This document shows, piece by piece, positions 1 to 12,521 of a stretch of 64,000 nt of DNA (position 1 is its first letter; each line of letters starts with the position of its first letter). The position numbers and the translations under genes are program-made. The notes under the pieces are model-generated. The model saw only the letters and a list, made by a program, of their open reading frames with translations, was not told the DNA's origin and did no database searches. The DNA is from Balanoglossus misakiensis (taxonomy: Eukaryota; Animalia; Hemichordata). The stretch spans positions 2,710,831-2,774,830 of the forward strand of contig CM082578.2 in assembly GCA_040954595.2 (NCBI GenBank), read 5' to 3'.

Positions 1-451
1 TGCGATATAAGACACCTATGATGACCTTGCTTTTTTCAAGTAGGATTTCAACAAAAAGACATTCGCAATGTTGGAGAACAACTGAGTCTATTATAGAGTA
101 TGATAACGACTCGTGTAAATAGAGACCAACACCTCCTCCTCTGGAAACAGCTCTACATTTATGAACAAAGTTGTATGAAGGGAGGTTATATAATGATGCA
201 TCAACACCTGGGTCTAGCCATGTTTCACTGAGGGCAATGACAGAAAATTTGCATTTCAATAGCGACAGAACAACTGACAAGTCATCAAAGTGACGTCTGA
301 TCGATCTAATATTCAAATGAAGAGTTGAAAATGACTGCAGAGTCAGAAGGGAATCGTTTGCATTAAATTCGTCCAAAGTATAAGACTTACAATTATAGTT
401 ACTTTGCAAGAAGTGGTCTGTGGTTTCGCCGATGATGAGTTTGCTTGTACA
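1..451 (-). CDS. LINE ORF2 N-terminus (apurinic-like endonuclease), partial, no in-frame ATG
   Basis: Manual translation: CKSYTLDEFN...FSTLHLNIRSI...FSVIALSETWL...SRGGGVGLYL...CLFVEI...KVIIGVLYR; open from the TAG at 452-454 to the window edge. Confidence 0.88.
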
Positions 452-476
452 CTATGATGTAGTAGTTAAAGGACGC

Positions 477-1382
477 CTAGCAGATTTTGGCGAGACTTTC
501 CTCATTCGGAATGTAGACAGTTGGTGACCCGTCGACTTTCTTTGTCAGGATTTTTCCGTATTGCGTCCACAAGTATTTCCATCCATATTCTTTTCTTCTG
601 GCATTTACCTTTGTGAATAAAGATCTTCGTCCTGGTGTCAGATTTTCGTTGATGTATATCTTGTTTTCTACTTGGTAGCCAATGTCCGATGTTTTGAAGC
701 GAGACATATTTTTGCGTTGCTTGTAGACCGCGTCACGAATTTTTCTTCTGGTGAAACGCACAATGATTGGGGCAGGAAACCGGGTATTGGTACCGTGGTC
801 AATGTGTTCATTGCCGAGTGCTTGACGTTTCTTGATTCGATGTGACACGTCGATATCTGAACTGGTTATGTCTTTTTCTATGAGTTGGATGACTTTCAGG
901 GCTACTGTATCAGTATTTTCATTTGGCAATTCTGGTATGCCTCTTATTTCAAGATTTTCACGCCTTATATATTGGTCCATTTCATCTTGGCTGCGGTCTA
1001 GACCGAATAGGCTTGTTTTGAGTAATTCGTTGTCTTCACGAAGACGACGATTTGTAGCATCAATTTCCTCCATTTTTTTCTTATTTTCTTCATACATGGC
1101 ATTAATGAAGGTCAGTGACTTATCTACCTGCTGTAGGTGCGCTTCCAGTCTGTCAATTTTGTTCAGCTTTTCGTTGATACTTCGTATTTCTTGTAGAATA
1201 TGTAGAATATTGTCCTCCTCGCGACCGCTCTTAGAATCAGCCTTGGGTTCAGCCTCTGATGCCACGTCACTGGTCTGGCCACTCTGACTGGGAAAACGTT
1301 TCAGCTTGCATTTGTTGCACAGTTGTAAGTCCCCTTGGCACAATTGTACTCCCCTGTTAGTTTTGCAGTCATTGCACTTCAT
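477..1382 (-). CDS. LINE ORF1p: N-terminal Cys cluster, coiled coil, L1/Tnp22-like RRM and C-terminal domain
   Basis: MKCNDC..C...C..C, heptad-rich coiled coil, then RRENLEIRGIPE, IDVSHRI, PIIVRF, IYINENLTPGRRSLF, WKYLWTQYGKI motifs typical of LINE ORF1. First real ATG is at 1382. Confidence 0.88.
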   Translation of the reverse strand: MKCNDCKTNRGVQLCQGDLQLCNKCKLKRFPSQSGQTSDVASEAEPKADSKSGREEDNILHILQEIRSINEKLNKIDRLEAHLQQVDKSLTFINAMYEENKKKMEEIDATNRRLREDNELLKTSLFGLDRSQDEMDQYIRRENLEIRGIPELPNENTDTVALKVIQLIEKDITSSDIDVSHRIKKRQALGNEHIDHGTNTRFPAPIIVRFTRRKIRDAVYKQRKNMSRFKTSDIGYQVENKIYINENLTPGRRSLFTKVNARRKEYGWKYLWTQYGKILTKKVDGSPTVYIPNEESLAKIC

Positions 1383-2715
1383 CGTTTTCCTTAACGTATT
1401 GTACGGGCACAAATTGACAGGATATTTCCAATTGTTCAGGGAGCCGATGCACCACGCTGTCGTGGCTTTCAAGATGGCGACTAACTGACCGCTCGGTCAA
1501 AATGACGTCATTACCCCTACAATCCAAAGCAAACCATACTCATGTTTACGGAATTGCTTGCACGCACAGTACGTATACCACCAGATTTGAGGAAAACAGA
1601 ACAGAGAGTGGATAATTTATAAAGTCACAGCACATTTACGACAATTTTGAACTTTCAAGGACATGATGAAGCCATACATTCTATGTCTTGACTGTGCCCT
1701 AGAGATTCGATGCGAACCAAAACAAACAAGATGGCCGCCAAAGGCTATATCGATAATGTTAACGACTGAATCGAAATGGGTATGCAATCTCAACGAAATA
1801 TTCCAATTGGAATAAACGAAATAGCCCATGCAATACAAAAAGGTGTAAAATATCTAAATATATTTAAAAAAAACAGAAATGCGACCATCAGGGTTGAATT
1901 CTAGGGGTTCAAAATTCGACGCTATTTGAATCCGGACTTTTAGTTAACCACCCAAGAAACAATGGTAGAGTGTCGCAAGCCCAACAGACTATGACCGTGC
2001 ACTCCATAAGCCTATATGGAACTCGTACCAAAAAAAGTGGCGCTGTACTCTGACGAAAAAGGGCAGATGAAGGGGTACAAAAATTAGCTACGTTCCCCAA
2101 TACAACCCCACATAGCGGTTTGGACATGTACTCTCCTAGCTAACACCTCGTTCACACCTTCCGAACAATAGAGTTTCCCAACCGTCTCTTCTAGTAACCG
2201 TGAATATTTTTAACATTTTCTTGTTTGTTCTTAAATTCTTATTTTAACACTTCATTTATGTTCACGTTTTTCACTTCAGACATTTTGACCACAATACCCC
2301 ATTTGCAAACATTGCAAAATACATATATATATTTTCTTTGTTTTCAAAGAACTCCCCTGTAAATTTGTCCCACGACATACATATACAATATAAACGTCCA
2401 TCCGTCCCCAATACTTCATAACAAGACACGCCACTCAACACATTTGAAGCATTGGACAGATCGACAAACAGTCTGATAAGCTACGCAAACAGTGACCAGA
2501 CTTTGGCTCCTTTGAATTGGACATACACATGACCAGATGAATTATTTTGAGTGATATAGGCCTATCTTTAAGTCGGAAATAACAAAACACATATTATTCT
2601 ATGAAATAAAAGAATCAAGGGCATCGACAGTATGATGTAAGCAACTAATTGTTTTTGAGTTTCACAGATGAGAACTCGGCGCGCCTCTTATTTCTTGTAG
2701 TGGATCCAATCGCGC

Positions 2716-2876
2716 GCGAGAGAAAGAGAGTCAGAGACAGAGAGACAGAGAGAGAGACAGAGAGAGAGACACACACAGAGAGAAAGAGAGAGAGAGAGAG
2801 AGAATTAGAGAGAGAGAGAGCGAGCGAGCGAGCGAGAGAGAGAGAGAGAGAGAGAAAGAGACAGAGAGAGAGAGAC

Positions 2877-2917
<41 letters not shown>
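2716..2917. repeat. Imperfect (GA)n microsatellite
   Basis: About 200 bp of GA/GACA/GCGA units, directly visible. Confidence 0.97.
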
Positions 2918-2920
<3 letters not shown>

Positions 2921-3959
2921 GTAAAGTGTGTCATTTGAAACTGCCATCGTAATTGCCTCAGTTTATGGCTATACATTTCACTAGTCGTACACGGGACTCG
3001 AATAATTCGAAAAGGTATTCTGTGTTCCGGTGCTCGTCATGCTATTTTCGCAATTTGTTCTATTTTGGAATAAGCTGAAATAACTCTGATTGGTGATTGG
3101 ATCTTGTTTGCAAAATCGATAGTGTTCGCGTTTTGTTTTGTAATTTTTAAAGAAATATAGGCTACAGTCATCTGTGCGTGCAGATAACTGTCGGTCCAAT
3201 ATTTAAAAGCCAACGACGAATGGGTAAGTGGATGCGTTTGTTTATTTATTTTCTGGTATTTGTCTGAAAATCGACAAATTGCATGTTTTTTTTATTTTCC
3301 ATGTGGTAATGTTCTGGGGCATGCGTTTCTGCTGCGGAAGAAATACTTAAATTACTTGTCAACACTCGCCGAGTTTGTGGTTTGCTGTGGCCCTTCTGTC
3401 ATAAAATTATATAAAAAATCAAAGATGAAAATGAAACAAACAAATAATTAATTAACGATATTTAAATATAATTGAACTATCATACGATCGTGTTTTGATC
3501 AGTGCGTATATATACGTGCGTGATCAAGGCTTGAAATGGATGTGTGTTTTTTCATGCACGCATTTTTGAATAGAGGCATCACATATTTTCTAATTTTTAC
3601 AGGTCAACACGCCATGAAGTTGTTGCTGGTCGTATCAACGCTTCTGGGCGTCGTGTACTGTAGTTTCGAAGCCAACCACCCGTTTCGTTCAAAGCCATGG
3701 GTTTGTACGGCTTCCAAAATCAAGGGATACGACAATACCATATTTGATATTATATCAACTCACGGCGTTGAGTGTATCGAAGAGATAATGGTGTTACCGG
3801 ACGCACTGGAGAAAGAGACGCCGATTTTAACTGCCAAGTTCGTGAAAGTTGTTGGTAGTTATATCGGACTAACAAATACATAAAGAAGCGTGAACGTTGT
3901 GAGTGACAAGTTGGACACAGCCGCGATAAACATGGTAAATATATACAATTTTAAAGGGA

Positions 3960-4128
3960 AGGGGTCGTCGCGCCGCGTGGGTGTCCCCCTTGTCGAGAAT
4001 ATGTCCTCAAATACTCGCACAAACCTCACTGCAGTCGCCACGACCTACTAGGATCTAAGAATGTTATTACTTGAGGGATTTGTGGATGAATTGTAATGTT
4101 TAAAAACAAGCGCGGCGCGACGACCCCT
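3960..4128. mobile_element. Small MITE with 18-bp TIRs (Harbinger-like termini)
   Basis: AGGGGTCGTCGCGCCGCG at 3960 and CGCGGCGCGACGACCCCT ending 4128; TSD not clean. Confidence 0.75.
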
Positions 4129-4137
4129 TAACTTTAA

Positions 4138-4483
4138 AGGGACAAAGTCTGTCTCTCGCTGCCCTTTTCCCATTAATTATATTTGATACAAGACACCGTT
4201 TGTTATTCTACATGTGGATATATAGTGAATTAGCGTTCAACCACACACAACTTCCATCCTTCTTATAGACAGGAGAGTGAAAAAATCGCCAAAATGAATA
4301 ATCGTTCTTTACCATTTATTCATTTTGGGCGAGTTTTTACTCTCATATCATACAAGTGGGATGGAAGTTTTGTGTGGTTGATCATTGATTCACTATATAT
4401 CCACATGTACATTAACATAAACAGTGTCTTGTATCAAACATAATAATGGAAAAGGGGGCAGCAAGGAGAGAGACTTTGTCCTT
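4138..4483. mobile_element. Palindromic Kolobok-type MITE, family 1
   Basis: TTAA at 4134-4137 and 4484-4487; AGGGACAAAGT..ACTTTGTCCTT termini; almost the whole element is a foldback. Confidence 0.85.
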
Positions 4484-5069
4484 TTAAGCGAACGGGTAGC
4501 TTAGTTGCAACGATCACAGACCCTCCTGTATTGAGAACAATACGTTGCTCCTTTTTCCCACAGGGAACCAGGATATCTGACGACGAATCTGTCATAGAGT
4601 GTTTAGAGTGTACAGTTAACGTCTATACCGAGGAAAGACTCGCTGAAACGTGCAAAGACATGGACGTAAGTTTAATCAAAGATCCACTGTCCGTAACTTT
4701 TGATAATTCTCTCGGTATTTTCATTCTGTGTAATATGTTTGCCTGGAACACTACCTTCTGACTTTGGAATTCTGCAATCTTTTAGGGAGTCTTGTATTTC
4801 CCACGCAACAGGACATTTGTGAAAAAAATCATAATGGTGAAAATTGAATCTTTTTATTATTATATTTTAATATTTAGATATGTCCCGAGAAACTCTCCCA
4901 GGCACTCTACTGGAATCCACCAGGAAATGTCACCTTTTCTGTCAACGTTGAGTACTGTGCCTACAGAGGTTCTGAAGACACCTACAGTTACTACTGCAAG
5001 TTCTATCACCCTGAACACGAAATTGGAGTTATAGACTGCACCGCGTGCAATTGATTGTGCCAATGTTAA

Positions 5070-5310
5070 AGGACAAAGTTTCCCTCTCACTACCCCTTTT
5101 CCATTAACCTTGTTTGATACAAGACACCATTTATGTTATTCTACATGTGGATATATAGTAAATCAACGTTCAACCACACACACCTTACAGCCAACTTGTA
5201 GACACGAGAGAGAAAAACTCTACAATTTATTCATTTTGGCAAGTTTTTCACTCTCGTGTCTACAAGCGGGCTGTACGGTGTGTGTGGTTGAACGTTGATT
5301 CACTATATAT
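5070..5310. mobile_element. Right-truncated copy of Kolobok MITE family 1
   Basis: TTAA at 5066-5069 then AGGACAAAGT; clear similarity to 4138-4483; right TIR lost. Confidence 0.8.
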
Positions 5311-6240
5311 AAATAAAATAAACTAATACTTCAAAATGAAACTGGTATTGTGCGTTTGTTAATAGCAGTATTTGCCCAGCCTTCGTGTAAAAACCAGTTC
5401 AGTTCCCGGTGCCATTTCATTTCACGGAGACCCAGCTGAAAGATGCGATTTCTGTTGTGCTTGGACCAGTCATCTAGAAACGTGCAAGACATCTGTGATA
5501 GCCAACCTTCTATATATTAAGCATATGTGGTTTCCAATCTCTCTTGGTTTCCTTTTTGGTAATTCTTGGTTCGTTGCATGGTTAGTACCAATACAGTCAA
5601 GAGTACTAAAACGAATGCTAAATGCAATAACGCTTCCATTAAGAAAAGTGAATATTTGATATCTATTAACATCAGTTAAGTAAGCTGCAATTAAAAATGG
5701 GACTTGGACATAACAACGTCAGAATTATATGTTCAGCAGTTGTATGCGTGGCATTAATAAAACCGAAAAAAAATCAACCAGCATTCTTCTGTATAACTAC
5801 TATTTTTTTTTCATTTTCATTTTCTAATATAAACTATTTAAAAAAAACTTTCCTGTAGTTTTAAAATAACACACACATCGTGACAGTATTTATAAAATTC
5901 GTGCACAAACATTAAAGAATTCATCCGTGCAGATGCATGTAAGCTTTCGTTGCACACTTTCAAAGCTAAGCAGTAAGAGGTAAGTATATTTTACCGTGTA
6001 GTTTTATGTTAGTAGCTTCGTATAGTCTCTATTACGACACGTCGCCAAGCAGAGCGACGATGTCATTAGCGTCGCGTCCACAGGATTTTCTATACGCGGA
6101 CGCATTTCAATATCACAAAGTTTTGCAGCAAGACTGAAGTAGATTCGTTGCGGGGATATGCATTTCTGTGGCGGAAACAGTTGAATAATGCTCAAACTTT
6201 CGGCAATTTTTTTTTGGCTGTGTCCATTCTGCCATAAAAT

Positions 6241-9200
6241 TAATTAATAATAATTAAATAAAGAATTATATAAAAATAATAATTTTAATAATAATAGGTC
6301 CGATTTCCACAAAAAATTCACCATGGGGGTATCTTGGCTCGAAAAGAACAAAAATGATATCCGTTTAGTGATCCCATGTTTCTATGGCAACCATTTTTGG
6401 GCTGAAATTATGCTTTTTGTGCTAAGAGAGGGTATCACAAGTCACTTTAAATAATAATAGGTTGGATTTGAACACAAAATCGCACTGGCAGTATTTTTGG
6501 TCACAAAGGAAACATTTGTGGTTTATTTTCCGAATGCACATTTATAAGTTGGTGAAATTTGACTTTTCTTTCAAGACAGAGGAACTGCACATGTGCAGAA
6601 CAACTGGCAATGCAGCCTGCCGATTTCCACAGTTTCACTACAAAAAATCACAAGATACAATAGTATCGCTGGGGAATCCAATCAATCGATTGTTCACGCA
6701 TATTTCCTGACTGTCGACCAGTTTTAAAACATAAATCCATTGGTATTGCATAAACGTTTACCGTCTATCCGTTGTTGTATGGTTATCGAAGGAAGGCAGT
6801 TACAGGACACACTCGTAGAAGTACACACTTTTTGAGTGTTGACGGCGAGTCTGTTAAATTTGGCAGTTCAGCGTGACTTCAACACTAAATAGACAACTAG
6901 CAGAAAACTCTGCAAACTTCTAAATTTCTGGAAATGTTTTATTTGGTATGGTTATGAAATAATTTTCGTTTAGGAAGAATCAAATCTCAGTGACGCACGA
7001 TACCTTCTGATGAATGCGAAGACCTGTCAGCTGACACGCAAATGCAGTCAAAACATAAAATTGAAAACGAAACCGCGAGATGCCTCGTGTGTCTGTCCTG
7101 TCACCTCGTCTGAGAAAACAATAAAATTCCCGAGAAATAATAACACGAAATCCAAAGTATCGTGATAACATTTCTTCATTTCTCCGATTTTATTTTGCTG
7201 CCGTGTAAACATTGCGTCCGTTTGACACCGACACAAACGTAGCATAACTCAGAGGTCAATTCTTCGATTAAAATCAATGATTTAAACACTAACCTTCCTG
7301 TTCCACGATATCTGCAGTTTCTATGGCGCTCAAATCTCACGATATGTGCAATTCTTAAGCCAACTGGGGTAGTATTCCTGACGTTTTAGCCACGAAAACT
7401 GGGCAGACGACACAACGCGAAACAGCTCGTTCACACTCAGTTGACATCGGGTGATTTCAGAGCGCGCGCAAACATACGAAAAATTGCTACAATGTTGTAC
7501 GTAAATAAACTCGGTTCCAACTCGCGTTGGGTTTCGAGCGAAGTTTTGTACCTCAGATCTGTCGTACACACGCTACTCGACTCACCGGGTAACAATGTTT
7601 TAAATAGTGTTTAACAATACCCGAGGTCTTTTTGTGAATATTAGGTAGAAAATCTCCAACCGAAAGCGTTGAAACGTCGTCTGCAATTTTAGATACATAG
7701 GCCACTTTGAAAAATGTTGTCTTTATGAATCTGAAGTATCACGAATGATTGTACAGGAAATCCACCCGTGCTTATTAAATTGATAGATTGTTTATATAAT
7801 TCTTTAAACCCCTTAACTGGTAATAATAATTAAATAAAGAATTATATAAAAATAATAATTTTAATAATAATAGGTCCGATTTCCACAAAAATTTCACCAT
7901 AGGGGTATCTTGGCTCAATAAGAACAAAAATGATATCCGTTTAGTGATCACATGTTTCTATGGCAACCATTTTGGGGCTGAAATTATGCTTTTTGTGCTA
8001 AGAGAGGGTATCACAAGTCAATTTACATAATAATTGGTTGGATTTGAACACAAAATCACACTGGCAGTATTTTTGTTCACAAAGAAAACATTTGGGGTTT
8101 ATTTTCCGAATGCACAATAATAAGTTGGTGAAATTTGACTTTTCTTTCAAGACAGAGGAACTGCGCATGTGCAGAAAAACTGGCAATGCAGCCTGCCGAT
8201 TTCCACAGTGTAACTACAAAAAAATACAAGATACAATAGTAAAGTTAAGGAATCCAATCAATCGATTGTTCATGCATTTCCAGACTGTCGACCAGTTTTA
8301 AAACATAAATTCTTTGGTATTGCATAAACGTTTACCGTCTATTTGTTGTTGTATGACATGGGTTATTGAAGGAAGGCAGTTACAGGACACACTCGTAGAA
8401 GTACACTGTTTGAGTATTGACAGCGAGTCTGTGTTAAATTTGGCAGTTCAGCGTGACTTCAACACTAAATAGACTACTAGCAGAAAAGTCTGCAAACTTC
8501 TAAATTTCTGGAAATGTTTTATTTGGTATGGTTATGAAATAATTTTCGTCTATGAAGAATCAAATCTCAGCGACGCACGATAGCTTCTGATGAATGCGAA
8601 GACCTGTCAGCTGACACGCAAATACAGCCAAAACATAAAATTCAACATTGAAAACGGAACCGCGAGATGCCTCGTGTGTCTGTCCTGTCACCTCGTCTGA
8701 GAAAACAATAACATTCCCGAGAAATAATAACACGAAATCCAAAATATCGTGATAATATTTCTTCATTTCTCTGATTCTATTTGGCTGCCTTGTATTGTAA
8801 ACATTGCGTCCGTTTGACACCGACACAAACGTAGCATAACTCAGAGGTCAATACTTTGATTAAAAACAATAATTTTAACACTAACCTTCCTGTTCCACGA
8901 TATCTGCGGTTTCTATGGCGCTCAAATCTCATGATATGTGCAATTCTAAAGCCAAGTGGGGTATTATTCCTGTCGTTTTAGCCACGAAAACTGGGCAGAC
9001 GACACGACGCGAAACAGCTCGTTCACACTCAGTTGACATCGCGTGATTCCAGAGCGCGCGCAAACATACGAAAAATTGCTACAATGTTGTACGTAAATAA
9101 ACTCGGTCTCCAACTCGTGTTGGGTTTCGAGCGAAGTTTTGTACCTCAGATCTGTCGTACACACGCCACCAGACTCACCGGGTAACAATGTTTTAAATAG

Positions 9201-9410
9201 TGTTTAACAATACCCGAGGTCTTTTTGTGAATATTAGGTAGAAAATCTCCAACCGAAAGCGTTGAAACGTCGTCTGCAATTTTAGATACATAGGCCACTT
9301 TGAAAAATGTTGTCTTTATGAATCTGAAGTATCACGAATGATTGTACAGGAAATCCACCCGTGCTTATTAAATTGATAGATTGTTTATATAATTCTTTAA
9401 ACCCCTTAAC

Positions 9411-9447
<37 letters not shown>

Positions 9448-10933
9448 TAAATAAAGAATTATATAAAAATAATAATTTTAATAATAATAGGTCCGATTTC
9501 CACAAAAAATTCACCATAGGGGTGTTTTGGCTCAAAAAGAACAAAAACGATATCCATTTAGTGATCACATGTTTCTATGGCAACCATTTCGGGGCTGAAA
9601 TTATGCTTTTTGTGCTAAGAGAGGGTATCACAAGTCAATTTGAATAATAATAGCTTGGATTTGAACACAAAATCACACTGGCAGTATTTTTGGTCACAAA
9701 GACATATTTGGGGTTTATTTTCCGAATGCACATTTATAAGTTGGTGAAATCTGACTTTTCTTTCAATACAGAGGAACTGCGCATGTGCAGAACATCTGGC
9801 AATGCAGCCTGCCGATTTCCACAGTTTCACTACAAAAAATCACAAGATACAATAGTATCGCTGGGGAATCCAATCAATCGATTGTTCATGCATATTTCCT
9901 GACTGTCGACCAGTTTTAAAACATAAATCCATTGGTATTGCATAAACGTTTACCGTCTATTTGTTGTTGTATGTTTATCGAAGGAAGGCAGTTACAGGAC
10001 ACACTCGTAGAAGAAGTACACTGTTTGAGTGTTGACGGCGAGTCCCTGCTAAATTTGGCAGTTTAGCGTGACTTCAACACTAAATAAACAACTAGCAGAA
10101 AAGTCTTCAAACTTCTAAATTTCTGGAAATGTTTTATTTGGTATGGTGATGAAACAATTTTCGTTTATGAAGAATCAAATCTCAGCGACGCACGATAGCT
10201 TCTGATGAATGCGAAGACCCGTCAGCGGACAAGCAAATGCAGTCAAAACATAAAATTCAACATTGAAAACGGAAACTCGTCTGAGAAAACAATAAAATAC
10301 TCGAGAGATAATAACACGAAATCCAAAGTATCGTGATAACATTTCTTCATTTCTCCGATTCTATTTGGCTGACGTGTAAACATTGCGTCCGTTTGACACT
10401 GACACAAACGTACCATAACTCAGAGGTCAATATTTCGATTAAAAACAATGATTTTAACACCAACCTTCCTGTTCCACGATATCTGCGGTTACTATGGCGC
10501 TCAAATCTCACGATATGTGCAATTCTAAAGCCAACTGGGGTAGTATTCCTGTCGTTTTAGCCACGAAAACTGGGCAGACGACACGACGCGAAACAGCTCG
10601 TTCACACTCAGTTGACATCGCACGATTTCAGAGCGCGCGCGTACACTCGAAAAATTGCTACAATGTTGTACGTAAATAAACTTGCGTTGGGTTTAGAGTA
10701 AAGTTTTTTACCTCACCAGACTCACCTGGTAACAAGGTTTTAAATAGTGTTAACAATACCCGTGGTCTTTTTGTGAATATGTAGAAAATCTCCAACGAAA
10801 GCGTTGAAACGTCGGCAATTTTAGATATAGGCCACTTTGAAAAATGATGAAGAATCAGGAATGATTGTACAGAAAATCCACCCGTGCTTATTAAATTTAT
10901 AAATTGTTTATATAATTCTTTAAACCCCTAAAC

Positions 10934-10936
<3 letters not shown>
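6241..10936. mobile_element. Three head-to-tail ~1.58-kb non-coding units separated by (TAA)n; Crypton(V)-like non-autonomous element
   Basis: Units ~6254-7820, ~7830-9413, ~9447-10936; each starts TTAAATAAAGAATTATATAAA and ends TTTATATAATTCTTTAAACCCCT(T/A)AACTGG (subterminal inverted repeat); (TAA)n at every junction. Repeat structure is certain; family is inferred. Confidence 0.8.
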
Positions 10937-10974
<38 letters not shown>

Positions 10975-12335
10975 TTTAATTCTTAAAAGCGCACTCCACA
11001 AACGTCTCAGTGCGCTGAACACAAGTATTAAAAAGATACAAAAAACAACTACTGCAGTTACGAGTAAAACTTGTTAAAAAGATGGGTCTTCAAACAACGT
11101 TTAAAAGAAGTAGTATTTCTGGCACAAAGAATTTCTGAAGGCAGTGCATTCCACAGCAAAGGGGCACATACCAAAAAAGCTCTCTGACCATAGGACTTAT
11201 TAAAATATCCGCGAGGAGGAGTTAAACGTAATTTCTCAGAAGAACGCAGATTTCTTGACGGTACGTACAGATCAATTAAATCGGTCAGATAAAGCGGTGC
11301 ACCACCTCTAACAATCTTAAAAGTAGTCAATAAAATTTTGAATTGTATACGAGCTTTCACAGGTAACCAGTGTAAATCAATAAAAATAGGGGTGATGTGG
11401 TCATATTTGCGTGTACCTGTGACGAGACGGGCTGCTGCATTTTGAACAGACTGCAGACGGATCAGCTGGTCATTTGAGATGCCATAGAACAGACTGTTAC
11501 AATAGTCGAGTCTAGAGGTAACGAATGCATGAATGAGTTTCTCGGTAGTGGGCTTGTCGAGTAATTTACGAATTTTACCGATTCTTGATAAAGAGAAATA
11601 TGCGTTCCTACAAAGTTGACTGATATGTTCACACATAAAGCCATCCCTGTTGAGAATAACACCAAGATTCCGAACGAAAGGAGATGGAGTGATGTTAAGT
11701 TTACCGATCCTGAGGTTATGCAGTTCTGCCATATCGTGTTTCAAGCGTGATGAAAAATGAATAACTTCGGTCTTGTTATCGTTCAGCACCAGCACGTTAC
11801 TTCTCATCCATCCGCGAATATCATCAACGCACATTTCAACGCCGGCGCTAACATCTTCAGGTTTATTGCAGATAATGTACATCTGTGTGTCATCAGCGTA
11901 CATCATGTAGTCAAGATTATGGCCTACTATAATATCCTCTAGTGGTGCTGTGTAGAGCGTGAATAAAATTGGCCCGAGGACAGATCCCTGTGGAACGCCA
12001 TACTTCACTTGCAAATGATGAGAAAACACATTTCCAATCTTGACACGATGAGTGCGATCGGCAAGATATGATCGAAACCACGAAAGTGCTGTACCAGTGA
12101 TGCCAAATCTAGATCGGAGGCGGTGTAATAGAATATCATGGTCGATCGTGTCAAATGCGGCGGACAAATCAAGCATGACGAGAAGTACATCCTTCTTTTG
12201 ATTCAGGGCAAGCATAATGTCGTTATGGACGCGTAGGAGAGCGGTTTCAGTGCTATGGTTGGCACGATATGCACTCTGACATCTTGTGAAAAGCTGGTAC
12301 CTGTTGAGATGATCGTATAACTGTTGGGCAACTAT
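10937..12335 (-). mobile_element. 5'-truncated L2-clade LINE with (TTA)n 3' tail
   Basis: Frame QSAYRANHSTETALLRVHNDIML through RT motifs to the KTHLF C-terminus; short 3'UTR; microsatellite tail at 10937-10973. Confidence 0.93.
11058..12335 (-). CDS. L2 ORF2 fragment: reverse transcriptase and C-terminal region
   Basis: LDLSAAFDTIDH, YGVPQGSVLGPILF, YADDTQ, SRLDYCNSL, LHWLPV, LWNALP motifs; uninterrupted frame. Confidence 0.92.
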   Translation of the reverse strand: MVAQQLYDHLNRYQLFTRCQSAYRANHSTETALLRVHNDIMLALNQKKDVLLVMLDLSAAFDTIDHDILLHRLRSRFGITGTALSWFRSYLADRTHRVKIGNVFSHHLQVKYGVPQGSVLGPILFTLYTAPLEDIIVGHNLDYMMYADDTQMYIICNKPEDVSAGVEMCVDDIRGWMRSNVLVLNDNKTEVIHFSSRLKHDMAELHNLRIGKLNITPSPFVRNLGVILNRDGFMCEHISQLCRNAYFSLSRIGKIRKLLDKPTTEKLIHAFVTSRLDYCNSLFYGISNDQLIRLQSVQNAAARLVTGTRKYDHITPIFIDLHWLPVKARIQFKILLTTFKIVRGGAPLYLTDLIDLYVPSRNLRSSEKLRLTPPRGYFNKSYGQRAFLVCAPLLWNALPSEILCARNTTSFKRCLKTHLFNKFYS

Positions 12336-12521
12336 ATTGTCATGATATAAAAGAATGCTTATAAAATCCGGTTTAGTAGCAACATTGTAATCTAATGAAA
12401 TATTATCGTTGTTTGATCGGGGCTTCGTACTTCTTTGTATAGGAGTTTGTCCCTGATGGTATAAACCTGCTATATCATCTTATGGAGAGGTAATTCTTGC
12501 TTCTAAAGGTAAACGCGTACA

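Larger units (their letters stand above)
1..1490 (-). mobile_element. 5' end of a CR1/L2-group (Crack/Daphne-like) non-LTR retrotransposon; runs off the left edge of the window
   Basis: Intact ORF1 followed on the same strand by an APE endonuclease reading frame; GTCGCCATCTTG (YY1-like core) near the 5' end at ~1470-1482. The exact 5' boundary is approximate. Confidence 0.9.
3614..5054 (+). pseudogene. Unrecognised secreted Cys-rich protein, copy 1; premature stop in first coding exon
   Basis: Exons 3614-3934, 4564-4665, 4878-5054 with GT/AG and phase-0 joins; signal-peptide-like MKLLLVVSTLLGVVYCS; in-frame TAA at 3881-3883 where the paralogue has TTC, with homology continuing past it; possible further exon from 5369 (..CDFCC..). 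Confidence 0.7.

Noticed and set aside
832-1287. 151-aa plus-strand ORF
   Set aside because: Antisense shadow of the LINE ORF1 coiled coil
1885-1940. GGTTCAAA/GTTGAATTC tRNA-box-like words
   Set aside because: No cloverleaf could be folded; no tRNA or rRNA genes were seen in the window
2645-2976. ORFs of SLSL/ERER type
   Set aside because: Translations of the (GA)n microsatellite
6462-10679. Recurrent 60-90 aa ORFs in the 1.58-kb units
   Set aside because: Frames are broken differently between copies and show no recognisable motifs
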